Positions 1 to 10,564 of a stretch of 64,000 nt of DNA are shown in pieces. The stretch comes from an uncultured bacterium. GTDB taxonomy: Bacteria; Patescibacteriota; Minisyncoccia; Phycocordibacterales; UBA2100. The notes below the pieces were generated by a model. It searched no databases and had not been told where the DNA came from. It saw nothing but the letters and a program-made list of their open reading frames with translations. The stretch's first letter is position 1; the number at the start of each line of letters is the position of its first letter. Position numbers and translations under genes: made by a program. The stretch is taken from contig CAINVT010000009.1 of assembly GCA_903854215.1 (NCBI GenBank), forward strand, positions 191-64,190. The letters run 5' to 3'.

Positions 1-2
1 CC

Positions 3-173
3 ACAGCAGGAAATCCGCATGCCGCACAAGCAGTCGGCGCAGTCATGAGGGCGAATTTCGATTCCGATATCCCGTGCCATCGAGTCATCAAGAGTGATGG
101 CTCAGTCGGCAGCTACAATCGCGGCGGCGCGAAGCGCAAGGAGGATATCTTAAAAGCGGAAGGTGCAATCTGA
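3..173 (+). CDS. MGMT/Ogt-family methylated-DNA--cysteine methyltransferase-like protein, 3' part (runs off the window start)
   Basis: Manual translation from nt 3 gives TAGNPHAAQAVGAVMRANFDSDIPCHRVIKSDGSVGSYNRGG..., containing the PCHRV active-site motif; TGA at 171-173. Confidence 0.85.
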   Translation, partial: TAGNPHAAQAVGAVMRANFDSDIPCHRVIKSDGSVGSYNRGGAKRKEDILKAEGAI

Positions 174-197
174 AGTGCCTGCTGCTATACTCGTTCG

Positions 198-1250
198 ATG
201 AAATACAAAAAACTGAATGGCACCGACATTGATGTCTCGCTCATCTGTCTCGGCACCATGAATTGGGGTCAGCAGAATACAGAGCAGGATGCGCATGATC
301 AGCTGGATTATGCAGTCGCGCATGATGTGAACTTCATCGACACTGCGGAGGTCTACCCGGTGCCACCCGAGGCAGAGAGGCAGGGAAGGACCGAGTCGTA
401 TCTCGGCAGCTGGCTCAAGAAGACGGGAAAGCGCAAAGATCTCATCCTTGCGAGCAAGGTTTCGCCATCGGACGTTATCAGGACCAGGTCGTACGCGGGC
501 GATTTTCCGCGTCTCGATCGCAAGAATATCCTTGCTGCTATCGACGGTTCGCTCACGCGCCTCAATACCGATTATCTCGATCTCTATCAGGTGCATTGGC
601 CGGAGCGGAAAACGAATTTTTTCGGCGTTCGCGGAGTCGAATCTATCTCGTCGGACGATGCGGCTGTGACAACGATCGAAGAGACTCTTTCGGCACTTGC
701 CGAGGTGGTGAAGTCCGGCAAGGCGCGCTACATCGGCGTATCGAACGAGACACCGTGGGGTCTCACGGAATATCTGCGGCTTGCCAAAGAAAAAGGACTG
801 CCGCGCATCATCACGACACAAAACCAGTATTCGCTCACGAACCGCACCTTCGAGATCGGTCTCTCCGAAATCTGTCTTCGCGAGAATGTCGGACTCCTCG
901 CATATTCGCCGCTTTCCATGGGAGTTCTCTCCGGCAAGTATCTTGACGGGGCACGGCCTGTCGGCGCACGATTCACGCTCTTCGAGCGCAACGGTACACG
1001 TTATAATCCGCCGAATACCCAGGAAGCTGTCCGGAAGTACGTCGCGCTCGCGCGCGCGAACAATCTCGATCCGGCGACGCTTGCGCTTGCGTTCGTGAAT
1101 GGCCGTTCCTTCGTTACATCGAATATTATCGGGGCGACAAGCGTCGAACAGCTGGCAATCGATATCGCAAGCGCTGACGTGGAGCTATCTGCGGATATCA
1201 TGAATGAAATCACGGCTATCTATGCGACCTATCCGGATCCGACCGCATAG
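198..1250 (+). CDS. Aldo/keto reductase, Tas family
   Basis: CLGTMNWG, DTAEVYP, DLYQVHWP, GVSNET and YSPL motifs of the AKR/Tas family. Confidence 0.9.
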   Translation: MKYKKLNGTDIDVSLICLGTMNWGQQNTEQDAHDQLDYAVAHDVNFIDTAEVYPVPPEAERQGRTESYLGSWLKKTGKRKDLILASKVSPSDVIRTRSYAGDFPRLDRKNILAAIDGSLTRLNTDYLDLYQVHWPERKTNFFGVRGVESISSDDAAVTTIEETLSALAEVVKSGKARYIGVSNETPWGLTEYLRLAKEKGLPRIITTQNQYSLTNRTFEIGLSEICLRENVGLLAYSPLSMGVLSGKYLDGARPVGARFTLFERNGTRYNPPNTQEAVRKYVALARANNLDPATLALAFVNGRSFVTSNIIGATSVEQLAIDIASADVELSADIMNEITAIYATYPDPTA

Positions 1251-1261
1251 CAATCTCAGTC

Positions 1262-1942
1262 ATGACCGATGAACACGAGGTGAAGATCGAGCCCTCTTGG
1301 CAGCGGCATCTTTCATCGGAGTTCCAGGCGGCTTATTTCAAAGCGCTTTCATCATTCGTGCGGGAGCAATACACGCATGCGATCGTCTATCCGCCGCCGA
1401 AGAATGTCTTTCGTGCGTTCGAGCTGACTACGTTCGACAATGTCGAGGTGGTGATCCTTGGGCAAGATCCGTACCACGGGCCGAAGCAGGCAAATGGTCT
1501 GTGTTTTGCGGTGTCGGAAGGAATCAATGCACCGCCGTCGCTTCAGAATATTTTCAAAGAGATCGAGAGTGACCTCGGCAGGCCGATCATTCATCGCACT
1601 GGGGATCTCGAACGCTGGGCGAAACAAGGCGTGTTGCTTCTCAATGCGACGTTGACCGTCAAGGCTCACAAAGCGGGTTCGCATCAGGGACGGGGTTGGG
1701 AACAATTCACAGATGCCGCAATCAAGGCGCTCTCGGAAGGGCGCGAGCATCTCGTCTTCATGTTGTGGGGCAATTATGCGAAGGCAAAAGGTGCACACAT
1801 AGATCGGTCGAAACATTTCGTACTTGAGTCTGCGCACCCGTCACCATTCTCGGCATTCAACGGATTTTTTGGGAATAAACATTTTAGCCGTGCGAATGCA
1901 TATCTTGAAGCTCACGGGAAAAAGCCTATCGACTGGCTATAA
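1262..1942 (+). CDS. ung: Uracil-DNA glycosylase (family 1)
   Basis: GQDPYH, GVLLLN and HPSP motifs. Confidence 0.97.
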   Translation: MTDEHEVKIEPSWQRHLSSEFQAAYFKALSSFVREQYTHAIVYPPPKNVFRAFELTTFDNVEVVILGQDPYHGPKQANGLCFAVSEGINAPPSLQNIFKEIESDLGRPIIHRTGDLERWAKQGVLLLNATLTVKAHKAGSHQGRGWEQFTDAAIKALSEGREHLVFMLWGNYAKAKGAHIDRSKHFVLESAHPSPFSAFNGFFGNKHFSRANAYLEAHGKKPIDWL

Positions 1943-1965
1943 AAAGTGCGCTATCCTTGGGCGCT

Positions 1966-3264
1966 ATGAAGGCGACCCTAAAAAAAGTCCGCAACGTATA
2001 CGGAATCACAGAATACAAACTGTCGAATGGTCTACGAGTCCTGTATAAGCGTGATACGACACTACCGATCGCGGCCGTATGCGTAACCTTTCACGTCGGA
2101 AGCCGCAATGAGGCAACAGGACATACCGGCGCGACGCATATTCTCGAACATCTCCTTTTTAAGGATTCGGAAAATTACACAAAGGCAAAAGGTAATTCGA
2201 TCACCGATCATCTCGAATGGATGGGGGCGCTGATGAATGCGACGACCTGGCTCGATCGAACCAACTATTTCGAAGTATTGCCCAAAGAACGGGTCGGTGA
2301 AGCGCTCGCGATGGAGGCGGATCGCATGCGCGGCAGTTTGTTCAACGATGCTGATCTCGTTTCCGAAATGACGGTCGTGCGCAATGAATTTGAACGCTCG
2401 CGCAATAATCCGTACGAGATCCTCGACGAAGCGGTCACAGCGACGGCGTTCACCACACATCCGTATCGTATCCCGACGATCGGGCTCAAAGAGGATATTG
2501 AGGGTGCGACGGCCGCGAAACTACGTGAATTCTATGATCAGTTCTATTGGCCGAACAATGCCACGTTGGCTGTGTTCGGCGATGTCTCTCCGAAAGATTT
2601 CGAGAAACTTGTCGTCAAACATTTTGGAGCGATCCCGCATTTGCTGCATGAGATTCCTATCATGACGACGACAGAGCCGACTCAAACAGAATCGCGATCA
2701 TGTGAGATCCGCAAACCAGCCGGCGTATCGATTGCAACGCTCACATACAAGGCGCCGCGTGCGACCGACATCGATTTTGTTCCGGTCCACGTCCTCGCGA
2801 CGATACTCGCGGGAGGATTTTCCAGCAGATTACAGAAGAAGATTGTCGACAAAGGGCTCGCCGCGGAGATCCATTCATCGGTATTTCCGCTTTTTGATCC
2901 GGGTACGATGTCGTTTACTGCGACGATCGGCAAAAATGTCGAACCAAAACGGGTGCTTGATAGCATGCGACGCGAAATGCGAACAATCGCACAGAAGGGC
3001 ATCCTTGCCGCCGAGCTCACGCGTGCGCGTGAACGGATCCTGTCGCAGATCGCCGACGAGCGTGACGGAATTTTTAACGAGATCCGTTCGGTATCCGAAT
3101 CGATCGCGGCGGGGGATTGGACGCTCGGATATGCGTTCGAAGAGCGTCTTATACATCTAAAAGTGAGCGACATTCACAGAGCGGCTAAAAAATATCTCAA
3201 TACAACACAGGAGACATCAGGAATATTGGTCGACACCTTATCAATACCATCTGCAACGATATGA
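1966..3264 (+). CDS. M16 family zinc peptidase, catalytic subunit
   Basis: HxxEH motif (HILEH), NATTWLDRTNY, YWPNNA; ATG 1966 preferred as start. Confidence 0.92.
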   Translation: MKATLKKVRNVYGITEYKLSNGLRVLYKRDTTLPIAAVCVTFHVGSRNEATGHTGATHILEHLLFKDSENYTKAKGNSITDHLEWMGALMNATTWLDRTNYFEVLPKERVGEALAMEADRMRGSLFNDADLVSEMTVVRNEFERSRNNPYEILDEAVTATAFTTHPYRIPTIGLKEDIEGATAAKLREFYDQFYWPNNATLAVFGDVSPKDFEKLVVKHFGAIPHLLHEIPIMTTTEPTQTESRSCEIRKPAGVSIATLTYKAPRATDIDFVPVHVLATILAGGFSSRLQKKIVDKGLAAEIHSSVFPLFDPGTMSFTATIGKNVEPKRVLDSMRREMRTIAQKGILAAELTRARERILSQIADERDGIFNEIRSVSESIAAGDWTLGYAFEERLIHLKVSDIHRAAKKYLNTTQETSGILVDTLSIPSATI

Positions 3265-4526
3265 GCTACGCAAAACGCATACACGTTCATAAGCCTCGTA
3301 CCGGCGGTACGGCACTCATTTCATCATTCCCGTCGCACGGAATGGTCTCGATTGTCGGAAGTGTTGCGGGGGGTGGGCGACTCGCCGGCAGTGATGCGCT
3401 CGCACAGGCACATGCTGCGATGCTGCTCGAGGGGACGAAACGACGCTCAAAGTCTGATATACAGATTGCCCTCGATACGATGGGCGCGTCACTCTCGTTT
3501 GCGATTCAGCGTGATCGGCTCACCTTTAGCGCGCATGTTCGCGACCACCATCTCAAAAAATTACTTATACTCATCGCCGAGGTTTTGATCGAACCGTCAT
3601 TTCCTGTGCGTGAATTGGCGATCTTTAAAGAGCGAACTGTCGCCGAACTTTCACTCGAAGGCCAAGATACGCGCGCGCAGGCGGAGATAAATCTTTCGCA
3701 TCTATTGTATGATTCGGAACATCCGAATTATCAGGTCTCGACCGAAGATTCTCGTGCAGCGTTCGCAAAAATAACGCGTGCCGAACTCGTGAAATATCAT
3801 ATTCGCGCGATCAGTCGGAAAACACTTGTGGTATCTGCTTGCGGTGATATGAAAAGTTCAGAACTTTTCGATATGATCGAACGTACATTCGCAAAACTTC
3901 CCGACAATGAGGTGCAGCTTCCGCCTTTTGTGCCCGCAGTGCCGCATAGAGCTCGTTCTATTACGACTTCTATCGAGGACAAAGCGAGCATCGATCATAG
4001 GCTGGGATGTGCGACCGCTATTACCAAAGACAATCCCGATTATCCGGCGCTTGTGCTTGGTTTGCAAATACTCGGCAATCGAAGCGGTTTTACCGGTCGT
4101 CTGATGAAAACGGTGCGTAAGGTCGAAGGACTGACCTATGGCGTCTACGCGTATCCTGCGGGCTTCAACAATGCCGATGGGTACGTTACGACCTGGGCAA
4201 CATTCGCGCCGGAGCTTTACGAACGCGGTAAAAATGCCGTCATGAGAGAGATTCGCATGATCGTCACCGATGGTGCGACCGCCGACGAGGTGAAGAAGCA
4301 TCGTACGATGTTCGAAGCGCGTTCTCGCGTGACCATATCGAATTCGGGAGACCTCGCACATGCTGCTCATGATAATGCGGTTGAAGGACATGCACCGTCA
4401 TATCTCGACGAATTTCCCCAACGTGTGCTCAAGCTCACCAGTAAGCAGATCAATGCAGCACTCAAAAAATATCTCATTCTAGATGATCTCTCAGAATCCG
4501 CCGCCGGCCCGATCCCTCAGGCATAG
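3261..4526 (+). CDS. M16 family peptidase, non-catalytic partner subunit
   Basis: M16-like sequence (MLLEGT, RL..VRK.EGLTYG) lacking HxxEH; ATGA overlap with the upstream M16 gene. Confidence 0.85.
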   Translation: MSYAKRIHVHKPRTGGTALISSFPSHGMVSIVGSVAGGGRLAGSDALAQAHAAMLLEGTKRRSKSDIQIALDTMGASLSFAIQRDRLTFSAHVRDHHLKKLLILIAEVLIEPSFPVRELAIFKERTVAELSLEGQDTRAQAEINLSHLLYDSEHPNYQVSTEDSRAAFAKITRAELVKYHIRAISRKTLVVSACGDMKSSELFDMIERTFAKLPDNEVQLPPFVPAVPHRARSITTSIEDKASIDHRLGCATAITKDNPDYPALVLGLQILGNRSGFTGRLMKTVRKVEGLTYGVYAYPAGFNNADGYVTTWATFAPELYERGKNAVMREIRMIVTDGATADEVKKHRTMFEARSRVTISNSGDLAHAAHDNAVEGHAPSYLDEFPQRVLKLTSKQINAALKKYLILDDLSESAAGPIPQA

Positions 4527-4574
4527 TCGTGCAGTCGCTTTTCAATCGCGACAAAATACGCTACGCTAACCACC

Positions 4575-6536
4575 ATGAAGGTCAACGAAGTTCGCGCCAA
4601 ATATTTCGAATATTTCAAAGCGCGCGGTCATGTCGAAATTCCGTCGGCATCTCTCGTGCCGCAAAACGATCCGACGACACTCTTTACCGGTAGCGGTATG
4701 CAACCGCTTCTGCCGTATTTGCTGGGCGAAGTGCATCCGAAGGGTAACCGACTCGTCGATAGTCAGAAAAGTTTTCGTGCGGAAGATATTGAGGAAGTCG
4801 GTGATAACCGTCATACGACGTTCTTCGAGATGCTCGGCAACTGGTCTCTCGGTGATTACTTCAAGCACGAACAGCTGCAATGGTTTTTCGAATTTCTTAC
4901 CGACGAGGTCGGTGTCGATCCGAGTAGGCTCTACGTGACCGCGTTCATGGGCGATGAGAAGAATAACTTGCCCAAAGATACTGAGGCTGTTGATATCTGG
5001 AAAGGACTTTTCGCCGGAAAAGGTATTGAGGCACATGCAATTGAGATCGGTTCCGAGGCTGACGGATATGCGAAGGGAATGCAGGGCGGCCGTATCTTTT
5101 ACTACGAAGCGAAGAAGAATTGGTGGAGTCGGGCAGGCGTACCCGAAAAGATGCCGGCCGGGGAACCAGGTGGACCGGATAGCGAGGTTTTTTACGATTT
5201 CGGATTGCCTCATGACGAAAGCTTTGGTGCGAATTGCCATCCGAATTGCGACTGCGGGCGATTCATGGAGCTCGGAAACTCGGTTTTTATGCAATATCTG
5301 AAGAATGAAGACGGCACATTCGGCTTGCTACCGAAGCAGAATGTCGATTTCGGAGGCGGAATAGAGCGCATCACGGCAGCAAGTAATAACGACCCCGATG
5401 TATTCCATATCGATGCATTCATGGATGTGATCGATCTACTGGTCCATTTTTCCGGTAAGCCCTATGACGATAGTGCCTGGAAGAAGTCCTATCGAATCGT
5501 TGCGGATCATATGCGCGCTTCAGTTTTTATGCTCGCCGACGGCGTTCGTCCGAGTAATACCGATCGCGGATATGTTTTGCGACGACTCTTGCGTCGCGCA
5601 GCGCAGCATGCACAGAAGCTTGGTGTTGAAAATGATCAGAAAGAAGAAAGTATGCTCAATCGATGTGCCGTGATTATTATCGAAAAATACAAGGAAGCGT
5701 ATCCGGAGCTTGCAACGGAAGAGATGTACGAGGCAATAACCAGTGAGATATGGAAGGAAGAGAAGCAGTTCGGCCACGCATTGGTGACCGGAATGAAAGA
5801 ATTCGAAAAACTCACTTCAAATGTGGGACTTACGAAGTCCCACATTTTGGGGGAAGATGCTTTTATGCTTTTTACAACGTATGGATTTCCGTTCGAAATG
5901 ACTCAAGAGATCGCAGCAGAGCGTGGTCTTTCTGTCGACGCCGATGGTTTCAAGGCGCTCATGATCAAACATCAGGATCTTTCTCGTGCGGGCAGTGAAC
6001 AAAAGTTCAAAGGTGGCTTGGCCGATCATTCAGAAGCGACTACTCGGCTGCATACCGCGCATCACGTGCTTCTCAAGGCACTGCAGACCGTTCTGGGCGA
6101 TCATGTGAAGCAGCGCGGCAGCAATATCACGAGCGAGCGATTACGCATCGACTTTTCTCATACTGCCAAGATGACGCCGGAACAGATCGCAGCTGTTGAA
6201 TGTATCGTCAATGAAGTGATCAGAAAGGAATTACCAGTGGTCCGTAGCACACTTCCGAAAGATGAGGCGGAGAAGCTCGGTGCCGAGCACGAGTTCGGTG
6301 CAAAGTATCCGGACATGGTCTCGATCTATTCAATCGGTCCTATTGGTGCAACGGAATCGGATCCGCATTATGATCAGGCATATTCACTCGAATTCTGCGG
6401 CGGTCCGCATGTATCGAATACTCGCGAGCTCGCTTTTTCAGACAGCTCCTCGACTGCGCTCGGGCCAAAATTTAAAATTTTGAAAGAAGAGGCGGTCGCA
6501 GCAGGAATTCGTCGTATCAAGGCGGTGATCCAATAA
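4575..6536 (+). CDS. alaS: Alanine--tRNA ligase, short form ending after the editing domain
   Basis: LFTGSGMQP, RHTTFFEMLGNWS, HTAHH and EFCGGPHV editing motifs, C-terminal GIRRIKA. Confidence 0.97.
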   Translation: MKVNEVRAKYFEYFKARGHVEIPSASLVPQNDPTTLFTGSGMQPLLPYLLGEVHPKGNRLVDSQKSFRAEDIEEVGDNRHTTFFEMLGNWSLGDYFKHEQLQWFFEFLTDEVGVDPSRLYVTAFMGDEKNNLPKDTEAVDIWKGLFAGKGIEAHAIEIGSEADGYAKGMQGGRIFYYEAKKNWWSRAGVPEKMPAGEPGGPDSEVFYDFGLPHDESFGANCHPNCDCGRFMELGNSVFMQYLKNEDGTFGLLPKQNVDFGGGIERITAASNNDPDVFHIDAFMDVIDLLVHFSGKPYDDSAWKKSYRIVADHMRASVFMLADGVRPSNTDRGYVLRRLLRRAAQHAQKLGVENDQKEESMLNRCAVIIIEKYKEAYPELATEEMYEAITSEIWKEEKQFGHALVTGMKEFEKLTSNVGLTKSHILGEDAFMLFTTYGFPFEMTQEIAAERGLSVDADGFKALMIKHQDLSRAGSEQKFKGGLADHSEATTRLHTAHHVLLKALQTVLGDHVKQRGSNITSERLRIDFSHTAKMTPEQIAAVECIVNEVIRKELPVVRSTLPKDEAEKLGAEHEFGAKYPDMVSIYSIGPIGATESDPHYDQAYSLEFCGGPHVSNTRELAFSDSSSTALGPKFKILKEEAVAAGIRRIKAVIQ

Positions 6537-6576
6537 CAACTTTGCGGTGCCGTTGCTCTGGTATACTTGATAGCGC

Positions 6577-7731
6577 ATGTTCGGAAGAACGAACGTATCA
6601 AAAAAGATCGTCGCGGTCGCTCATGTCGAGAGCGCGGGTGTCGGTGTTGCGATCATTGCGATCAGCGCGAAAGGTCCCGCGATGGTGCTTGAGTATGAGC
6701 GGGTGACGTTACCCGAAGGAAATCGCGATACGAACGCGATCGCGACCGGCGTTGTAACGAGTTTGGCTGATGCATGGAAGAACGCGCTCACCCGATTCGT
6801 AACAGGTCCCCATAAAGGTACGCAGATATCCGACGCATACGCCGTTATCGATGCGCCGTGGACACATTCACAGACGACACATGCGAGCAGTATTTTCGAA
6901 AAAGAGACCCGTATTGCAGCCGTAATGATCAAAGACGCCGCCCAACAGGCTCTGACGACCGGCACGGAGATTGATATGAGCAATCTTATCGAATCTACCG
7001 TTGTTCGCGTAGAACTCAATGGGTACCCGACCGGATCTCCGATTGGCAAAATGGCGCATCAACTATCGGTCGCTGCACTCATGAGTGATTGCGATACGAC
7101 GATCAAAAAAGGACTTACTGAAACGTTTGCGAACCTATTTCCGGGTGCCGCATTGACATTGCGTTCAAAGTCACGTGCACTCGTCTCCGCTATGAATATG
7201 ATACCCTGCCTGGGAAAGGACTATGTAATCCTCACCGTGACGACTGAGGCGAGCAATGTGCTGGTCATACGGGATGGCCTTACCGTGCAGTCCGTGCAGA
7301 TTTCAGAAGGAATACACTCGATCATAAAAAGAATTTCTGATAAAAGCGTCCCTGAAGAGGCGCTCTCGCTCCTGCGAATGATCGAACGTAACGAATGTAA
7401 CGGCGAAGCGTGTGAAGCTATAACTGATTTGATGGCGCGTGCAGAAATCGATCTCGCACGCGTATATGGAGATACATTTGCGAAGATTGCGTCATTGGCA
7501 CGTCTACCGGCAGATCTCATTCTGATAACTCAAAGCGATCTCGTCCCTTGGCTCGCCGCCTTTTTCACCCGTATCGATTTTACCCAATTCACTCTTACGA
7601 CGCAGCCGTTTTCCGTTCATGTGCTGGGTCGTAAAGAACTTGTATCCCAGGTCAATGCCGATACTGCAGTGGTTCCCGATATTGAACTCATGATCGCCGG
7701 AGCACTTGTCAACAGTGAAGAACAATCTTGA
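6577..7731 (+). CDS. Hypothetical protein, possibly a divergent FtsA/actin-like fold
   Basis: 384-aa ORF; the VELNGYPT segment resembles the LNGY motif I associate with CPR FtsA-like proteins; function is inference. Confidence 0.45.
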   Translation: MFGRTNVSKKIVAVAHVESAGVGVAIIAISAKGPAMVLEYERVTLPEGNRDTNAIATGVVTSLADAWKNALTRFVTGPHKGTQISDAYAVIDAPWTHSQTTHASSIFEKETRIAAVMIKDAAQQALTTGTEIDMSNLIESTVVRVELNGYPTGSPIGKMAHQLSVAALMSDCDTTIKKGLTETFANLFPGAALTLRSKSRALVSAMNMIPCLGKDYVILTVTTEASNVLVIRDGLTVQSVQISEGIHSIIKRISDKSVPEEALSLLRMIERNECNGEACEAITDLMARAEIDLARVYGDTFAKIASLARLPADLILITQSDLVPWLAAFFTRIDFTQFTLTTQPFSVHVLGRKELVSQVNADTAVVPDIELMIAGALVNSEEQS

Positions 7732-7759
7732 TTGTGCGTGTGATATACTAATCACTTGT

Positions 7760-9241
7760 ATGGCGAAAGATTTTTTTCAAGATATCGTACCTCCATCGAA
7801 TGACCGAACTCCGCGTCCGACTGCGCGAAAGGCTGCGGTTAAACCTCCCGTACAAGACGTGCAACCGCGCATAGCACCGGAACCGCCGTCAATACCTGCG
7901 GCCTCGTCGACTACGGAATACGTTGATGACGATATTTCATCCACTGAAACGGCTCCCGCACGCGGTATACGCAATATCAGTATGCCGCCGCGAGCTCGTT
8001 ATCGTTCGATGACAGGTGAGTCCGGAGAACCGCTCACTACTGCCGTCGGTATCCCGCCAACGAGACGTCGTTCGAATTTTTCGCGCACATGGATCTGGAT
8101 CATTGCCGTTGTGTGTCTCGCATTACTTGGTTTTCTTGCTCTTTTCATGTTTCGTGCGACGACAGTCACGCTCACTCCACGCTCACAAACAATTCATTTT
8201 GATCAGACATCGCAGTTTAGCGCGTACCCCGTTTCTACTTCGGCAACGGGAACACTTGCATACACCGTTGCGACGACTGATCTGCAAGATTCTGAAACGG
8301 TAACGAGCAACGGGACGACATCGACACAAATGAAAGCGTCCGGATCGATCACCGTTTACAACAATTCTTCCGCCTCCAGTGTCAAACTCATCAAGAATAC
8401 GCGTTTTCAGACACCGGATGGTCTTATATTCCGTGCCCCTGCGGATATTACTATTCCCGGCAAGCAAGGTTCGACACCCGGACAAGTGACCGTCACGGTC
8501 GTTGCCGATCAGGCCGGTCCGTCGTACAACGTCGGCCCGATTTCGCATCTCACCGTGCCCGGTCTGCAGTCCAATGCCGCGATGTATGCGAGTATTTATG
8601 CGCAATCTTCCGGCTCAATGACAGGCGGACTTTCAGGCACTCAGCCGGGCGTATCGGCAAGTGTTCGACAGGCCGCTATTTCCGACATACGGGCTCGACT
8701 TGCGCAAAAAGCGGCGCAGTATATTCAATCGCAAAACACATCGACGATGTTCGCTTTCGCGGGTCTTGCCGATATTACGTATAGCGATGGAACTGATAAC
8801 GCGGCTTCGAGCAGTCAGGTGACGATCAATGAAAACGCGCATATCCAAGTACCGGTCTTTGACGCTCATGCGCTTGCGACAACGGTCGCTCAGACCATGG
8901 CGGTCGATACCGGCAATACCCCGATCCAACTCGTTGACGGATCGGGTTTTAGCGCTCAACCTACAAATTCGACGGCGATCGCACTCGGCACTGACCCCAT
9001 CGACTTTTCATTGGTGGGGAGCGCGCAGATTTTGTGGAGTATTGACACAACAGCATTGGCACGTGCTCTCGCAGGACGCGATCAGAGTGTTTTTCAAACG
9101 GTTATCGGCAAATTTCCCGGTATTGAGTCGGCGCGTGCCCGTATAGAGCCGTTTTGGAGCAGTAGCTTCCCGAGTGATCCTGCCAAAATTACGGTCATTG
9201 TTTCGAATGCTGCAGCTTCTTCTTCAGTGCAAATCAAATAA
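7760..9241 (+). CDS. Single-TM hypothetical protein with an extracellular baseplate-J-like beta domain
   Basis: Low-complexity N-terminus, one TM segment (WIWIIAVVCLALLGFLALFMF), ASGSITVYN...NTRF..PDGLIF...ADQAG..YN pattern; TATACT box just upstream of ATG 7760. Confidence 0.6.
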   Translation: MAKDFFQDIVPPSNDRTPRPTARKAAVKPPVQDVQPRIAPEPPSIPAASSTTEYVDDDISSTETAPARGIRNISMPPRARYRSMTGESGEPLTTAVGIPPTRRRSNFSRTWIWIIAVVCLALLGFLALFMFRATTVTLTPRSQTIHFDQTSQFSAYPVSTSATGTLAYTVATTDLQDSETVTSNGTTSTQMKASGSITVYNNSSASSVKLIKNTRFQTPDGLIFRAPADITIPGKQGSTPGQVTVTVVADQAGPSYNVGPISHLTVPGLQSNAAMYASIYAQSSGSMTGGLSGTQPGVSASVRQAAISDIRARLAQKAAQYIQSQNTSTMFAFAGLADITYSDGTDNAASSSQVTINENAHIQVPVFDAHALATTVAQTMAVDTGNTPIQLVDGSGFSAQPTNSTAIALGTDPIDFSLVGSAQILWSIDTTALARALAGRDQSVFQTVIGKFPGIESARARIEPFWSSSFPSDPAKITVIVSNAAASSSVQIK

Positions 9242-9285
9242 GCTTGACGATAGAAGGACTTTTTGTTACTCTCCAACGCGCAGAT

Positions 9286-9492
9286 ATGGCTGAACTAGAG
9301 GTTGTGGAAGGAATAGTCGATGAGACGCTTCCGAATACGCTCTTCCGTGTAAAGTTGGAGAGCGGTGTGGTTGTTCTTGCGTATCTTGCCGGGAAAATGC
9401 GTTTGCATCGGATCAAGGTCTTGGTGGGTGATCGCGTTCAACTGCAACTCGATCCCTATGGCGGCCGTGCTCGCATTGTTCGTAGAACGTAA
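9286..9492 (+). CDS. infA: Translation initiation factor IF-1
   Basis: LPNTLFRVKL..GKMRLHRIKVLVGDRV; start at ATG 9286. Confidence 0.96.
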   Translation: MAELEVVEGIVDETLPNTLFRVKLESGVVVLAYLAGKMRLHRIKVLVGDRVQLQLDPYGGRARIVRRT

Positions 9493-9525
9493 GTTCACCG
9501 TGTCTTGTCAATCTATCTTATATTC

Positions 9526-9639
9526 ATGAAAGTCAAAGCTTCAGTAAAAAAGATTTGCATGCATTGTCACAGCGTTAAGCGCCGTGGTCGCTTGTGGGTG
9601 ATCTGCACCAATCCTCGTCATAAGCAGCGTCAAGGTTAA
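9526..9639 (+). CDS. rpmJ: 50S ribosomal protein L36 (not in the ORF track)
   Basis: Manual translation [37 protein letters not shown]; lies between infA and rpsM. Confidence 0.97.
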   Translation: MKVKASVKKICMHCHSVKRRGRLWVICTNPRHKQRQG

Positions 9640-9659
9640 TTTTTATATACATTTTATTT

Positions 9660-10043
9660 ATGTTGCGCATTTCAGGAGTTACCATACCGGATACCAAACG
9701 TCTCGAGATCGGATTGACCACCATCTACGGTATCGGTCGTCCGCGGGCGTTGACGACACTTGCGGACCTCGGGATCGATCCGGGAATGCGCCCGACTGAT
9801 CTTTCTGCGGCGCAGGAGTCAGCGCTGCGCGAAGCCATCGAGAAGTTCGCCGTAGAAGGAGAATTGAAACGCGATATTAGCACGAACATCCGCCGCCTTA
9901 AGGACATCAAATCATATCGCGGTAGCCGTCATGCGAAGCATTTGCCCGCACACGGTCAGGGCACGAAGACGAATTCTCGTACGGTTCGTGGTAATGTTCG
10001 TAAGACTATGACTTCAGGTCGCCGTAAGCTTGAGAAGACATAA
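9660..10043 (+). CDS. rpsM: 30S ribosomal protein S13
   Basis: LTTIYGIG, SYRGSRH, GQGTKTNSRT. Confidence 0.97.
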   Translation: MLRISGVTIPDTKRLEIGLTTIYGIGRPRALTTLADLGIDPGMRPTDLSAAQESALREAIEKFAVEGELKRDISTNIRRLKDIKSYRGSRHAKHLPAHGQGTKTNSRTVRGNVRKTMTSGRRKLEKT

Positions 10044-10052
10044 GGAAATTTG

Positions 10053-10120
10053 AGCTTCTAGCTGCTAGGGACTAGGTTTTAGAAGTCTCAAAAAGCTAGC
10101 AACTAGAAACTAGAAACTAA
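10053..10120. repeat. Inverted, degenerate 7-nt periodic repeats in the rpsM-rpsK spacer
   Basis: Left arm agcttct-agctgct-agggact-aggtttt; right arm ctagcaa-ctagaaa-ctagaaa-ctaa. Confidence 0.7.
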
Positions 10121-10129
10121 TTCAAAACC

Positions 10130-10564
10130 ATGGGAAAAAAACGAATCATAAGAAAATCAGGCGGAACTGTCGATGCGGGACTCAAGTCGCGCTCTCTTGC
10201 ACGCGTCGCCAAGAAGAATATCACTGCCGGTACGCTGCACATCCACGCGACGTTCAACAACACGAAGGTGCTGCTTGCAGACAGAAGCGGTAACACCGTC
10301 GCATGGTCATCTTCCGGAAGTCTTGGATTCTCAGGAGCCAAAAAGGGCACTCCGTTCGCCGCTGCAAAAGTCGGAGAATTGGTCGGCGACAAAGCGAACA
10401 TTATTGGCATGAAGGAGGTCGAAGTTGTCATCCGCGGTGTCGGTGCCGGTCGCGAATCAGCATTGCGTGCCTTTGCCGGTAAGGGGATCGATGTCACCCG
10501 CATTGCAGATGATACGCCGATCCCGCATAATGGCCCACGACCCCCGAAGCCTCGTCGTATATAA
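10130..10564 (+). CDS. rpsK: 30S ribosomal protein S11
   Basis: ATFNNT, GFSGAKKGTPFAA, TPIPHNGPRPPKPRR. Confidence 0.97.
   Translation: MGKKRIIRKSGGTVDAGLKSRSLARVAKKNITAGTLHIHATFNNTKVLLADRSGNTVAWSSSGSLGFSGAKKGTPFAAAKVGELVGDKANIIGMKEVEVVIRGVGAGRESALRAFAGKGIDVTRIADDTPIPHNGPRPPKPRRI

Noticed and set aside
4575-6536. alaS and atpC (61501-61755) as truncated pseudogenes
   Set aside because: Both end cleanly at domain boundaries with intact motifs, and such short forms are usual in reduced CPR genomes.
7760-9241. Prophage suggested by the baseplate-J-like domain
   Set aside because: No terminase, capsid, integrase or other phage genes are nearby, and the protein is membrane-anchored within housekeeping context.
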